From: the human T2T-CHM13v2.0 reference genome, Homo sapiens
NCBI GenBank assembly: GCA_009914755.4
Contig: CP086569.2
Coordinates: forward strand, 19,392,001-19,456,000
Direction: 5' to 3'
DNA length: 64,000 nucleotides
A program made the position numbers and the translations under genes. Shown one piece after another: positions 51,591 through 63,660 of this stretch (its first letter is position 1; every line of letters begins with the position of its first letter). The notes beneath the pieces were generated by a model. That model made no database searches and was not told where the DNA came from. It saw only the letters and a list, made by a program, of their open reading frames with translations.

Positions 51591-52987
51591 GGTGTACACT
51601 TATTGGGATTGCATGGCTGCAAATAGATAGGTCTCCTCCAAACTTAAAGCTGCAGATGCATTTCAACAACATTCCTGCAGATAGAAGCTACCCACTCTGA
51701 AACTTCTCTCCACTGAGGACTTCAGAGATGTTTTAACAACCTACTTTTCCACTGAAGCTGGTCACTATTGGTTCTGTCTTCAGTGAGTGTTGCACAGATG
51801 CAGGTATGTCCTGTTTTTGAAATGGAGTTACCTGCTTTCTGTCTCCTGAGAGCTGTACTTTCACTCAATGAAGCATCTATTTACCTTGATTATTCTCCTG
51901 TTGTTCACATACCTCATTGTGCCTGGATATGTGTCAAGAACTCAGGACCCACTTAATGGTGAACCCGAAAGATTGCTAACAGAAACAGCGCCGAAACACA
52001 CAAACCCACACTTACCACATTCTCGGTTACAGGGATAAAACAAAAAAGGATAGAAGAGGTTCAGGTAAATTATGGGTGATTTATCAGTTTAATTTTGATG
52101 AAATCATATGTACATTAAATTTTTAAAATATATCTTTAAAATACATAATTTATTTGATGGGCAATATTTAAACAATAGTAATATTTTAGCTGTCTTTCTC
52201 GGTCATTTTTATTATTATTATCCTAATAGGAAAAGGTTAAAATTGTCACAGCAGAGACAGGCACTATATTATTGATCTCTTAAGGTGTCATTAACTTCTT
52301 AATATAAGACAATTTATAATCTATATAATCAAAATATAAAAATGAAGTCATCTCTTTGATTTAAAAGTTCTCAGATGAAGCAATTGTCAAGTACATATTT
52401 TTATCTCTATGGATATTTTAAGGCAACTCTAAATATTTTTTAAAAATATGACCAGGGCACTGTTATCACACATAATACAAATTAGTTTACAAGCTTGGGA
52501 AAAGGGGCAGAACCCTGTCCTTACAAAAAAATACAAAAATTATTCAAGTGTCGTGATATCAGCCTTGTAGTATCAGCTACTTGGAAAGATAAAATACCAT
52601 TTCATTTGTTAACTTTTGATATTTGTTTACACTTTCTTCATTACATTGTTCAAGTTAGAGTAGTTCATCAATGATGTCTTTTAGTTTGTAGAGCAACATT
52701 TATCTTTGAGATTTTGTATAATAGTCACCTCAAAAGTCAACATTTTCATCATCAAATAAACATTTTTATTATCAAATGAATATTTTAGTCACTGACAAAA
52801 AAGTACTGCTTCCTAGTCCTGCAAGAAAATATATTTATATGATATACTTATATGTAAATACATAATATATAACTCTATATAATATACATATATGTTTTGC
52901 AAGCCTGAATGTAATCATAATTTTTGAGCCTTTTACAAAAGTGACCAATAACACTTGGTCCGTTTTTAGATTTGAAAATGTTCAATT

Positions 52988-53075
52988 GGGCCAGGCTTAG
53001 TCATGCACACTGATAGCCTTAGCACTTTGGGAAGCCAAGGCAGGTAGATTACTTGATCTCAGGAGTTAAAAAAAA
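52988..53075 (+). mobile_element. Alu left-monomer fragment with A-run
   Basis: gggccaggcttagtcatgcacactgatagccttagcactttgggaagccaaggcaggtagattacttgatctcaggagttaaaaaaaaaa. Confidence 0.5.
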
Positions 53076-53244
53076 AAGCCTGAGGCACATGCTGATATCC
53101 CATCATTACTAAGATGCAGTAGAATGGCTGAATGTTATGGTCTGCACAAGTAATCTCATCTACCTTTGACACTGAGGTGAAAACATCCCCTGAGCTGTAA
53201 TTGTTTTGCTACTCTGCAGACTGAGTAATGAAGAGAACACATGC

Positions 53245-53302
53245 CACACACACACACACAAAACTTACACACACAACCACACACACACACACACACACAC
53301 AG
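53245..53302. repeat. Interrupted (CA)n microsatellite
   Basis: ccacacacacacacacaaaacttacacacacaaccacacacacacacacacacacacagag. Confidence 0.9.
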
Positions 53303-53863
53303 AGAAAAAAATGGCTTAATAACATCTTAATTTTTTTTTCCTTTGTTTCACTCATTTTATCAAGGCCACATTTGTGGCATGTATGGTAATAAAACACTGT
53401 TGCACAACTTTTTATTATATGATGTAGTACATAGCTCTTTCTAGTTTATAGAAGAAGCTGCACCCCTTCATAAGAGTTTACTGTTCTTTCAAGAAGGTAG
53501 TTCTTAGATAGCTCAGAGACAGGAAGAAAAAGGGATCTTCTGATTTCTGGGCTGCCTTCTGTTTCACTCACAGCAGTTCCACTTCTATGTACTAGAATAT
53601 CACTTAGATTTCTTTTAAAAGTCATTAGTGCACCAGTAATGCACTGACTTCCCATTATAACTTTCAGTATAAGTTTCTAAATTTCATAGCTAAACTGTAA
53701 GCCTACGTTATGAGTATGATTTGCATATATAATTCTAATTTACATATTTCAGTTCTTTATCCTCACATATCCCTCACTCTTGTTTTTTCTTGTGTCAACA
53801 ATTTATTTTCTTTCTTTTTTTTTTTTTGCAATCCTTCTTTGAGAATTTATTTCATCTCTCTTC

Positions 53864-54655
53864 TTTTTTTTATTATTATTATACTTTAAGTTTTAGGGTA
53901 CATGTGCACAATGTTCAGGTTAGTTACATATGTATACATGTGCCATGCTTGTGTGCTGCACCCATTAACTCGTCATTTAGCATTAGGTATATCTCCTAAT
54001 GCTATCCCTCCCCCCCTCCCCCCCTCCCCCCACCCCACAACAGTCCCCAGAGTGTGATATTCCCCTTCCTGTGTCCATGCATTCCCACATTGTTCAATTC
54101 CCATCTGTGAGTGAGAACATGCGGTGTTTGGTTTTTTGTCCTTGCGATAGTTTACTGAGAATGATGATTTCCAATTTCATCCATGTCCCTACGAAGGACA
54201 TGAACTCATCATATTTTATGGCTGCATAGTATTCCATGGTGTATATGTGCCACATTTTCTTAATCCAGTCTATCATTGTTGGACATTAGGGTTGGTTCCA
54301 AGTCTTTGCTATTGTGAATAGTGCCGCAATAAACATACGTGTGCATGTGTCTTTATAGCAGCATGACTTAGACATTTATGCAGCCAAAAGACACATGAAA
54401 AAATGCTCATCATCACTGGCCATCAAAGAAATGCAAATCAAAACCACAACGAGATACCATCTCACACCAGTTAGAATGGCAATCATTAAAAAGTCAGGAA
54501 ACAACAGGTGCTGGAGAGGATGTGGAGAAATAGGGACACTTTTACACTGTTGGTGGGACTGTAAACTAGTTCAACCATTGTGGAAGTCAGTGTGGCGATT
54601 CCTCAGGGATCTAGAACTAGAAATACCATTTGACCCAGCCATCACATTACTGGGT
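53864..54655 (-). mobile_element. Young L1 (L1PA-class) 3'-end insertion with a twin-priming style 5' inversion. The antisense 3'UTR and ORF2 end lie at 53864-~54372 and a sense ORF2 segment at ~54375-54655.
   Basis: The antisense part ttttttttattattattatactttaagttttagggtacatgtgcacaatgttcaggttagttacatatgtatacatgtgccatgcttgtgtgctgcacccattaactcgtcatttagcattaggtatatctcctaatgctatccctccccc...gtgagtgagaacatgcggtgtttggttttttgtccttgcgatagtttactgagaatgatgatttccaatttcatccatgtccctacgaaggacatgaactcatc...gtgaatagtgccgcaataaacatacgtgtgcatgtgtctttatagcagcatgac is near-identical to the L1PA consensus 3' end in reverse complement. It abuts a sense-oriented segment atttatgcagccaaaagacacatgaaaaaatgctcatcatcactggccatcaaagaaatgcaaatcaaaaccacaacgagataccatctcacaccagttagaatggcaatcattaaaaagtcaggaaacaacaggtgctggagaggatgtggagaaatagggacacttttacactgttggtgggactgtaaactagttcaaccattgtggaagtcagtgtggcgattcctcagggatctagaactagaaataccatttgacccagccatcacattactgggt. 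The two segments meet at roughly the same L1 coordinate. Confidence 0.8.
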
Positions 54656-56357
54656 AACAAGTTATTTTCATTAGTTTTCTCTATTCAAAACACTCCTTTT
54701 TCTGCAATCTAGTCAATGTTTCTGTTCTTGTTCTTTGAACTTATAATAATACTTTGAGCTTCTGTCTTCAAAACTTTCACTCAAAAATTTATGTGTGCGT
54801 ACATCTACGTGTGATTATTTGCAACAGTTTGGCACCAGGGATGGGTTTTGTGAAGACAAGATTTTTCATGACCTGGCGTTGTGGAGACAGTTTTGGAAAG
54901 ATTCAAGTGCCCCGCATTGTTTTTTTGCTTTATTACTGTTATTATTACATTATAATATTTAATGAAATAATTATACAATTCACCATAATGTAGAATCAGT
55001 GGGAGCCCTGAACTTATTTTCCTGCAGCTAGATTGTTTTCTCTGTGGGTGATGGGAGACAGTTACGGGTGATCAGTTTTTTGATTGTTATAAAGAGTGCA
55101 AAAGCTAAATTTCCTGCATGTGCAGTTAATAGTTGTGCTCTCACTTCTATAAAAATCTGATGCTGCCACTGAACTTACAGAAAGTGGATCTCAGGCAGTA
55201 ATATGCACCATACATAGTGGTTTAAATAGAGATAAAGCTTCCGTACTTGTTCACCGCTCACCTGCTGATGTGTAGCCCAGTTCCTAAGAAGACACAGATG
55301 AATACTGGTTGAGGAAACCCCAACTGAAGCCAAAGAGTTTGAGACCATAGTGAACTGGAATTGTGCCGTGCATTTTAGCTTCAGTGACAAGGAAATAACC
55401 TGTCCTCACAGGAAAAAGAAGTAAAGAATATATTTTATAATTTGTATTTTAAATACTATCTTTTGATACAAACGTGAGAAATCTTTTACAACTTTAAATG
55501 GGGACATTAACAGTCATCAAAATGTTCTTGATTCTTGGGAATAGGATATCAAATGGAAGGTGCAAATGCACATCATTGTAAAATGTGATAAAAAGTACGT
55601 TTTTTTCAGCTTTGAAAAAAAAAATTATCTCTTTGAACACAACCAGAAGACATTAGAAGTGTTTGTGCTCATGCAAAAAATTAACTTCTGCTTTCTCTTT
55701 ACTCTTTTAGTGGTATCAGAGAGGTAGTCAAGATGATAACTTGTTTAAAGGGAAATGCTATTGACAAAATAGAGTGACTGACTAGGGAAAAAAAGTGATT
55801 CTTACTAGGTTAATAATTTTGGATGTAAAATAATCTCCCAGATTGCTTTCATCCCTACTCTAAAATAAATTGCAATTTAATGATTGAATCTTGAAGAGTT
55901 GACAGAAGAAAGCATTTTTCTCTTTCTAGTATAGATACATCTATACTATAAGCAAAAACTTATAAGTCTAAAAGCGAAAAACTTCCTTAATTTTATGGGG
56001 TTACAACAAATTTTAACAACCACTTGTTTCACAAACAGATTTCTTTCTTTAGGCCTAACCAGCTAATTTTATTTCTCTGCAATTTGATTGGGAGATGTAA
56101 TGGTAAAATATATTTGAAGATATTATATGTTAAATAACATGTATGTCTTTCTTGACCTTCATAACATCTGACCTCCAAGCTGCCTGCATTATTTCGCACT
56201 TACCTGCCATTTAAATTGTGGTTTATTTTTAACATCATACTGCTTGCTATTTACACCTCTGAGACTTGAAACAATTGCTTTTCACCCTACCTGCCACTCA
56301 ATCCACACCTTTTAAATTAATTATATATAGGTTTTACCTTTTTATAAGACAGACAGA

Positions 56358-56580
56358 ACAGCCTTGCCAACAGGGTGAAGCCCCATCTCTACTATAAATA
56401 TGAAAATTAGCCAGGTATGGTGGCAGATGCCTGTAATACTAGCTACTGGAGAGGCTGAGACAGGTGAATCGCTTGAATCTGGGAGGTGTAGGTTGGATCT
56501 GGGAGGTGTAGGTTGCAGGGAGGCGAGATTCTGCCATTGCAATATAGCCTAGGTGAAGAGAGTGAAACTCTGTCACACAA
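56358..56580 (+). mobile_element. 5'-truncated Alu with an internal 19-bp tandem duplication
   Basis: gccttgccaacagggtgaagccccatctctactataaatatgaaaattagccaggtatggtggcagatgcctgtaatactagctactggagaggctgagacaggtgaatcgcttgaatctgggaggtgtaggttggatctgggaggtgtaggttgcagggaggcgagattctgccattgcaatatagcctaggtgaagagagtgaaactctgtcacacaaaa. Confidence 0.75.
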
Positions 56581-58939
56581 AATGGACAGTGAGGATTAAA
56601 TTTATTAATATGTGTGCGGCTTTTTAATGTATTACCTTGTCTTTAAGCACTATAAGTATTAGCTGCTATTATTATTGCTTACTATATATCTTTAGTTTAT
56701 TCACACCAAATTCTGCTTAATCGCATACAAGAAAACATTAGAGAAGTAACACAGATAGTAGTGGCTATATGGAACCACATAGCCATCAGTGTCTGTGTCA
56801 GTAATGTTTTCTGGTGTGCAACAAATAAGAGACTTTTTACATACACACGTTCTTCAAACATAGATTTCTCTAAACATATATTAAAATGTTTGAAAACAAA
56901 AACAATACTACAGTAAAATGTAACAAATTTAAAAGCCATTAGATTATAACTGTCTACATAACATTTACATTTTACTAATGATTTATGCAAAGTTAAAGTA
57001 AACTACACAGGAGGATGTGGGTGCATTATATTTACATACTACACCATTGTAAATCAGAAGCTTGAGCAGACACAAATTATAGTATTTAAGAGGGTTCTGG
57101 AGCCAATCCCCTACAGATACCAAAGGATTGCTATATATAAATATTTTAAGCTTTGGTAAGAAAGTATTGCTTAAGTTAGTTATGGCATAATTACCCTAAT
57201 GATGTTAATGATTATTTACTTTTCTTTTTAAAATAAATTTAAAAGATTATAAACTTTAAAATTATCATTAAATTGTTTTAATGTTTGTTCAGGAAATGAG
57301 AACATTTGTACCTGTTCTCTGTTTATGGTATGTTAACACAGTTAAGCACTTGCTATTTAAATAATTTTCTTTTGTTTCTGTGGCCAACACAAATGATTTG
57401 AGTACGACTAAAATAATGTGCAATTACATTCGGTGATTATTTTGAATTTCCTTGGGAGCTGGATATGGGACCTTACACAGCAGCATGCATTGCAAAGCTG
57501 GAACAGAATAATTTCAAGTCAGAAAATCAGTTGATTCAACAGAAAGAGTAACCTGAAAATAAAACTACAAAGATCACAAAATACAGACTTGCAGATGTGC
57601 CTGTACACAGTGGTCTAGCAAGCAGTGGGTATTATTATTCTTATATTATTCAAACAATGGTAGGATGATGACTGCGATTCCTGGTATAAATTTGATGATG
57701 AAGATTTAGCAGAATTTAAAATGGATGATGATCAAGAAATTTTAAAAATCAGTGTTTGGATGGAGAGTACATAAATATATTTGATCATACGCTGAAGTGC
57801 ATGTCACATAGACGGTAAAAGAGCTGGTAAATTGCTTATATAATTTTCAAACAATAAACAAATGGACATGATAGATGAAGATGATGAGATGATAAGATAT
57901 ATATTATGGCTAACTCTTGTGAGACCTCATCACATTATTATGTCACCAGCCTTTGAGAAAAGTGTATACTAACAAAATGTGACACTTACGCAAAAGTGAA
58001 AGCAATAAAGTTGAGAGCATTTGCAGTTTGTGAAAGAACTGCTTATATATATTGGTGTTTATTGAAGTCCTGTTCATGATAAGCTTTTTGATTACCTTCT
58101 TAGTAATAAAAATAATGTATGCTTGGCTTGTATGATTCTTTACAAGGCATCAACATGTGTTTAATACTTTTCTTCAGTCTTCTTTTAGCTTTTTTCATGG
58201 CATCATTAGCCTTAATTTATGTGAATGTGTAGCCTTTCTATTTTAGTTATTTCAAAGTAAGAAAAAATTAAGATGTCTGTACCTTAAAATAGTGGACTTT
58301 ATGTATGGAAATATGAAGCACTTTTATTTATTACACAAATTATTATTTTTTACTGAAGCATGAGCTTGAAATGCGGGTTAGTGAAGCGGCAGGATAATCA
58401 CTGAAAATTGGTCTTACCTAGCAAAAATTTTATTAAGAAAGAGCTTGAAAATACAAATGTTTTTGACTGTATATATACTTTTTATTTAGAGCAGAATTAT
58501 TTTTCTGCCTGCATCAAATTAAATGACTATCATTAGCATACAGTTTGCACCTATATTCCTCATTACCACTGGATTTTACATTAAAAAAATAGCTTGTGGT
58601 CCTGCCAGTGACTGGTATTTGGCTTTGGATTTTATTCACAGGGAACTTATAATTGGTTTGGTTGTCTATTATCCTGCTTTACATTTTCCTAACCATAAAA
58701 ATATTATTTCAGATTTTAAATATGCATAAACTTTTTTTCAGTAATTGTGAGAGAATTCTTAGTACATTTAAAATTGTCTAATCTAAATGTGTGTTTATTA
58801 TGTAAAAATTGGCTTCTACTCCAATACATTTATATTACACCTTTTTCCACTTTATCATTAAGTATGAAGTTTTACCTTTACTAGATAAAATATTAAGTGA
58901 CAATTAAAAAGATACAACATATTTTAGATGACATTTTTT

Positions 58940-59200
58940 GCCTCACATTTGTAATTCCAATAATTTGGAAGGCCAAGGCAAAAAGAATGCTTGAGGCCAG
59001 GAATTTTGAACCTGGTTTGGCAAAATGTGAAACACTATCTCCACAAAAGCTTTTTAAGAAATAGGAAGATATCGTGGCTCACACTGGTGACCTTAGCAAT
59101 TTGTAAGTCCAAGGTGGGTGGATCACTTCAAGCCTATAATTTCGGGCCAGCCTGAACAACATAGCAAGATTCTGTCTCTAAAAAAATTAAAATAATTCAT
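58940..59200 (+). mobile_element. Old Alu-monomer-like (FLAM/FRAM) fragments
   Basis: tgtaattccaataatttggaaggccaaggcaaaaagaatgcttgaggccaggaattttgaacctggtttggcaaaatgtgaaacactatctccac...atcgtggctcacactggtgaccttagcaatttgtaagtccaaggtgggtggatcacttcaagcc...gggccagcctgaacaacatagcaagattctgtctctaaaaaaa. Confidence 0.5.
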
Positions 59201-61274
59201 TAAATTGAATAATTATCTGAGCCTACTAGGCGTTTCCTGCAGAACCAGCTAATTGGGAGGCTGAAGCGGCAAGAACATGGGTATCACAGGCTGTCACTAA
59301 GAAGATCAGACAGACATCTTATTCTTTTTTATAGCTAAGTGGATACAGCCTACTGAACATTTATGTTTTTCATATAAAATTTCTTATTTTCTTGCTTTTT
59401 TATGACTAAAAGTAGGCTTCCAGTTTGGAGTCAGGGGACACCTTTAGCTGAGCCATCTCCCCCTGAACACACCAAGGCATTCTTCCTCCCTAAACTGTCA
59501 CCTATCTTAGCTCCCCAAAATGCTCAGCCACAATTTGTCTTAGATTATCCTACATTTAATGTGATTTTGTCTTCTGATTCTCCTATTAACTCCCTCTTTC
59601 CTCCACACCCATGTCCTATCTTTTGCTGCTCTCAGTAATCATTCATCCTCTCGCATCACAAAAGAAGTCTGTACTCCCTTCAGCTAGAGCAACATGAAAA
59701 TTCCTGAGAAGAACAAAAAAAAAAAAAATTTTAATTTTGCACTTTTTTAATTTTAAAAAACTGTCAAAATTGAGAAACCACATGCATCTGGTAGGGGCAC
59801 CTGTTTCATCTTCACAGAGTTTACTGATTTGAACATTTTTGTTACATAATGTTAATACAGAAAATTCTGAATTAAACAGGCACACACACAAAAAAACAAA
59901 ACCTAAACTATATTAAACCAAGGCAATTTTCTAACAATGACTCCTCTTTCCAGTATGAGAGAACTGCCTCCTACAGTATGAGAAATATCAATACTATATT
60001 TCTTTCTTCCACACATATTCAACACTTACCAATGCTAAGGAGTTCGAATTTTAATATACCAACTGTCAACCATGAACATATAAAAATTCTGACTGTAAAT
60101 GATCCATGGTTATTTTACTCAATACTAAAATTATTTCACAAATTCAAGTCCTGTTTTATAATGATACCATTATTTGCATGGCACAAAGATTATTCCTTAC
60201 AAAATCTATTCTTTAATAGAGATTTGGTTCTTGGAGCCAAATTAAAAAAAAAATATGCTGCTTAGACACACATACATATTTACTTTTCTTAAAACATTTT
60301 CTCAATATTTTTATTTTTATTATTTTTTTAATCTCCCACTCTTTGGGATCCCCTTACAAGTAAGTCACCCGCTTTTAAAATCTCTTTCATCTTTAACATT
60401 TGTCAGATATTTAGAGACATACCAAATTAAATCATTATATATTCTTCTGATATGACTGAAACATGTTTTGAAGAGATATGCATAAATATAACGTTTCATT
60501 CTGAAATATAATCAGTTAGTTTTATTCATCTTTGTCTTCACCTTAACTTTTGAAGGTAAGTTTCAAATAACATAAAATTACATTTGAGTGTATAATTGAA
60601 TGGAATTAAATATGTTTATAATGTCATACGATCATCATCTATCAATAGTTCCTAAATATTTCTATTGCCCAACCAGAAACTCCATATCTATTATACAGTT
60701 CTTTTTATTGTCCAGCCCCTGACAACCCGTAACCTACCTTTTATCTCTATGGCCATGTCTTTTTACCACACAGGTTTAGCATTGCATCAGTTTTCAATCC
60801 AACATGCCAAACTAGTTTTAAAATCATTCATATTTCTTTTTCTTTCCTTTATTTTATTTTATTTTTTTGCATTTTGCAATTACTAGGCCTTGTGCTCCTC
60901 ACACCAATCTAGTTATAATGAGTGTGTCAGGAAGAACATTGGATTTATTTCAGGGATTGAGGACATTATTTCCTTATTTATTTAAATAATGATGCAGGCA
61001 AGAGATTTTTGCAGCTTACATTGTGTAAGTGAGCAGTCTATATTTTATTTTCACTGGATACATTTCTCAGATTGGGAAGGAAACCCTTTGGGCTAGAATT
61101 TTGTTGGTTGCTAGGAGACCAAAGTCCCCTTGTGATGTCATTGTTACTCAGTTTGGGAACCATTGTGATGGTCTAGATAAGTGTACATGCTTAGGCCTTC
61201 TGAAGCAGCATTTGAAGCTGCAGTCCTGAAAACCATGCAGGCCGGAAGAGTAGATAAAGAAATATTTATTTGAG

Positions 61275-61787
61275 ATGGCACATGTTTCTTCAGAAACTCA
61301 AGATGTTTCCCCCAAAGATGAATTAACTGCTTCAGAAGCCTCCACTAGGTCTCCATTGTGTGAACACACCTTCCCTGGGGACTCAGACTTACGGTCAATG
61401 ATTGAAGAACATGCTTTTCAGGTTTTGTCACAAGGATCCTTGTTAGAAAGTCCAAGTTACACAGTTTGTGTCTCTGAGCCAGATAAAGATGATGATTTTC
61501 TTTCTCTGAACTTTCCCAGGAAACTTTGGAAAATAGTGGAAAGTGACCAATTCAAGTCTATTTCATGGGATGAGAATGGAACTTGCATAGTGATTAATGA
61601 AGAACTCTTCAAGAAAGAAATTTTGGAAACAAAGGCTCCTTACAGAATATTTCAAACTGATGCTATCAAAAGTTTTGTTCGACAGCTCAACCTTTATGGA
61701 TTTAGTAAAATTCAACAGAATTTTCAAAGATCTGCCTTTCTAGCCACCTTTCTGTCAGAAGAGAAAGAATCGTCTGTCTTAAGCAAG
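61275..61787 (+). CDS. HSFY1: Heat shock transcription factor, Y-linked (HSFY1/HSFY2-type), coding exon 1 of 171 codons, containing the HSF-type DNA-binding domain
   Basis: ATG at 61275. The ORF translates to MAHVSSETQDVSPKDELTASEASTRSPL... and contains LSLNFPRKLWKIVESDQFKSISWDENGTCIVINEELFKKEILETKAPYRIFQTDAIKSFVRQLNLYGFSKIQ. FVRQLNMYGFRKV is the signature of the HSF winged-helix DBD. The exon ends in phase 0 at AAG|gtatttgac, a GT donor. The N-terminus matches my recollection of human HSFY1/HSFY2. The P4 palindrome copies cannot be told apart from sequence, and an HSFX or pseudogene copy cannot be fully excluded without a search. Confidence 0.75.
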
Positions 61788-62265
61788 GTATTTGACATAT
61801 TTGAGTTACCACTTTATGTAAAGTATATATGTAATTTTACTTTGTACATCAGTAAATATGTTAATACATGCAGTAAGACCAGCTTTTGAAAATTATATAA
61901 AATATTAAGGTAGAAATTTTGTTTTGAAATTATTGTGTTCAGCTTGAGCGTTAACCTTTTAGTGTTTTAAGAAATTTTGCTAACAACTTTGAATCTTACC
62001 AGTGAATTCCAAATAAATGTACCAAAGCCACTTAATGAAATATTACTATTAATATATAACATGTTTTCACTTGAGGGCTTAACAACTTGAGTGGTTTTTC
62101 ACAATAAGCACATTCTTAAAAATAGTAAACGATGTTTATGAGTTATTTGATGACATTAAATTTGTGTGATGAAAGAGAAATCTGATATTTGATGTGTTAT
62201 GTTTGTTATTTTCACTTGTCTCTTGGCTTAAAATGGCACTGAATTATGTTTTTCTTTGGTTTTAG

Positions 62266-62958
62266 TTAAAGTTCTATTATAATCCAAATTTCAAGCGTGG
62301 CTATCCCCAACTTTTAGTAAGAGTGAAGAGAAGAATTGGTGTTAAAAATGCTTCACCTATATCTACTTTATTCAACGAAGATTTCAACAAGAAGCATTTT
62401 AGAGCAGGGGCTAACATGGAGAATCATAATTCTGCCTTAGCTGCTGAAGCTAGTGAAGAAAGTTTATTTTCAGCCTCTAAAAATTTAAATATGCCTCTAA
62501 CAAGGGAATCTTCTGTCAGACAGATAATTGCAAATTCATCTGTCCCCATTAGAAGTGGTTTCCCTCCTCCTTCACCTTCAACCTCAGTTGGACCATCAGA
62601 ACAAATTGCAACAGATCAACATGCTATTTTAAATCAGTTGACCACTATTCATATGCACTCTCATAGTACCTACATGCAAGCAAGGGGCCACATTGTGAAT
62701 TTTATTACAACCACAACTTCTCAATACCACATCATATCTCCCTTACAAAATGGTTATTTTGGGCTGACAGTGGAACCATCTGCTGTTCCCACACGATATC
62801 CTCTGGTATCAGTCAATGAGGCTCCATATCGTAACATGCTACCAGCAGGCAACCCGTGGTTGCAAATGCCTACGATCGCTGATAGATCAGCTGCCCCTCA
62901 TTCCAGGCTAGCTCTTCAACCATCACCACTGGACAAATATCACCCTAATTACAACTGA
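62266..62958 (+). CDS. HSFY1: HSFY-type coding exon 2: 230 codons plus TGA stop, giving a 401-aa protein when joined to exon 1
   Basis: The acceptor is tttctttggttttag|TTAAAG, with a polypyrimidine tract and an in-frame TAG in the intron just upstream. The frame is continuous with exon 1 and reads LKFYYNPNFKRGYPQLLVRVKRRIGVKNASPISTLFNEDFNKKHF...LALQPSPLDKYHPNYN*. 171+230 = 401 aa, the length I recall for HSFY1. The Ser/Pro/Thr-rich C-terminus is typical of a trans-activation region. Confidence 0.75.
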   Translation, partial: LKFYYNPNFKRGYPQLLVRVKRRIGVKNASPISTLFNEDFNKKHFRAGANMENHNSALAAEASEESLFSASKNLNMPLTRESSVRQIIANSSVPIRSGFPPPSPSTSVGPSEQIATDQHAILNQLTTIHMHSHSTYMQARGHIVNFITTTTSQYHIISPLQNGYFGLTVEPSAVPTRYPLVSVNEAPYRNMLPAGNPWLQMPTIADRSAAPHSRLALQPSPLDKYHPNYN

Positions 62959-63055
62959 TCTGCCATTAAAAGAGGACCAGATTATGAATGACAACAGAGA
63001 CTAACATTTACATTGACAAAAAACCCTAAAAATTTCTGCAATTATCTTATTGAAC

Positions 63056-63061
63056 AATAAA
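63056..63061 (+). promoter_or_regulatory. Candidate polyadenylation signal AATAAA for the HSFY-type gene. A second AATAAA lies near 63259.
   Basis: ttgaacaataaaattgcatg lies about 100 nt after the TGA stop. The window gives no cDNA evidence. Confidence 0.35.
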
Positions 63062-63329
63062 ATTGCATGTTTACTTCTATGTTTGCTTTTCCTTTATTTC
63101 TAAAAGTATGGTTAAGAAAAAAATGACATTTTGTTTCAGTGGGAGGCTATTGTACTACTTTTTAGCAAAAATATATATGGGCTTTTTGATCCTTTGAAAG
63201 CAAATTTGACATGTGCCTTTGTAAGTTAAATAATTTATCTCTCTAAAGAGGAAGAAATAATAAAGTTTTGTGGTCCATTTTCTGCTGAAACAACACAATA
63301 CCACTGCCTGGGTAATTTGTAAAGCAAAC

Positions 63330-63660
63330 TTATTTTGCTCACTTTCCTGGAGGTGGGGAAGTCCAAGGGGTTGCATCTGGTGAGATCCTCTTTCTACGTT
63401 ACAACATGGCAGGTCGGCCTCCTACGGTGAAGGGCATGAGATGAACAGAAAATCGGGGCCAAACTCATCCTTTGATCCAAAGGCCACTCACACAATAACT
63501 AACTTGTTCTCCATATAATACCATCAAGTCAGTCATGAGGTTGCACCCACATGGCTAATCAACTCTTAAAAGTCCTACCTCCCAACACTATCACAATGGA
63601 CACAGAATTTCAATGTGAAATTTGGAGGTGACATACCAAACAATGACAGCAGGCAAGGGA
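63330..63660. mobile_element. Unclassified ancient interspersed repeat
   Basis: ctggaggtggggaagtccaaggggttgcatctggtgagatcctctttctacgtt...cctacctcccaacactatcacaatggacacagaatttcaatgtgaaatttggaggtgacataccaaacaatgacag strongly resembles a very common primate repeat (ggaagtccaag...ctggtgag... / ...cctcctaataccatcacattggg...atttcaacatatgaattttgggg...). I cannot name the family confidently. Confidence 0.4.

Noticed and set aside
54094-54712. ORFs MIDWIKKMWHIYTMEYYAAIK... (-) and [83 protein letters not shown]... (+)
   Set aside because: Both are the L1 ORF2 C-terminal region (one copy per orientation of the twin-primed L1). They are transposon-derived.
56470-56520. 19-bp tandem duplication (ctgggaggtgtaggttgga / ctgggaggtgtaggttgcag) inside an Alu
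   Set aside because: It is a trivial slippage duplication within a repeat with no further significance.
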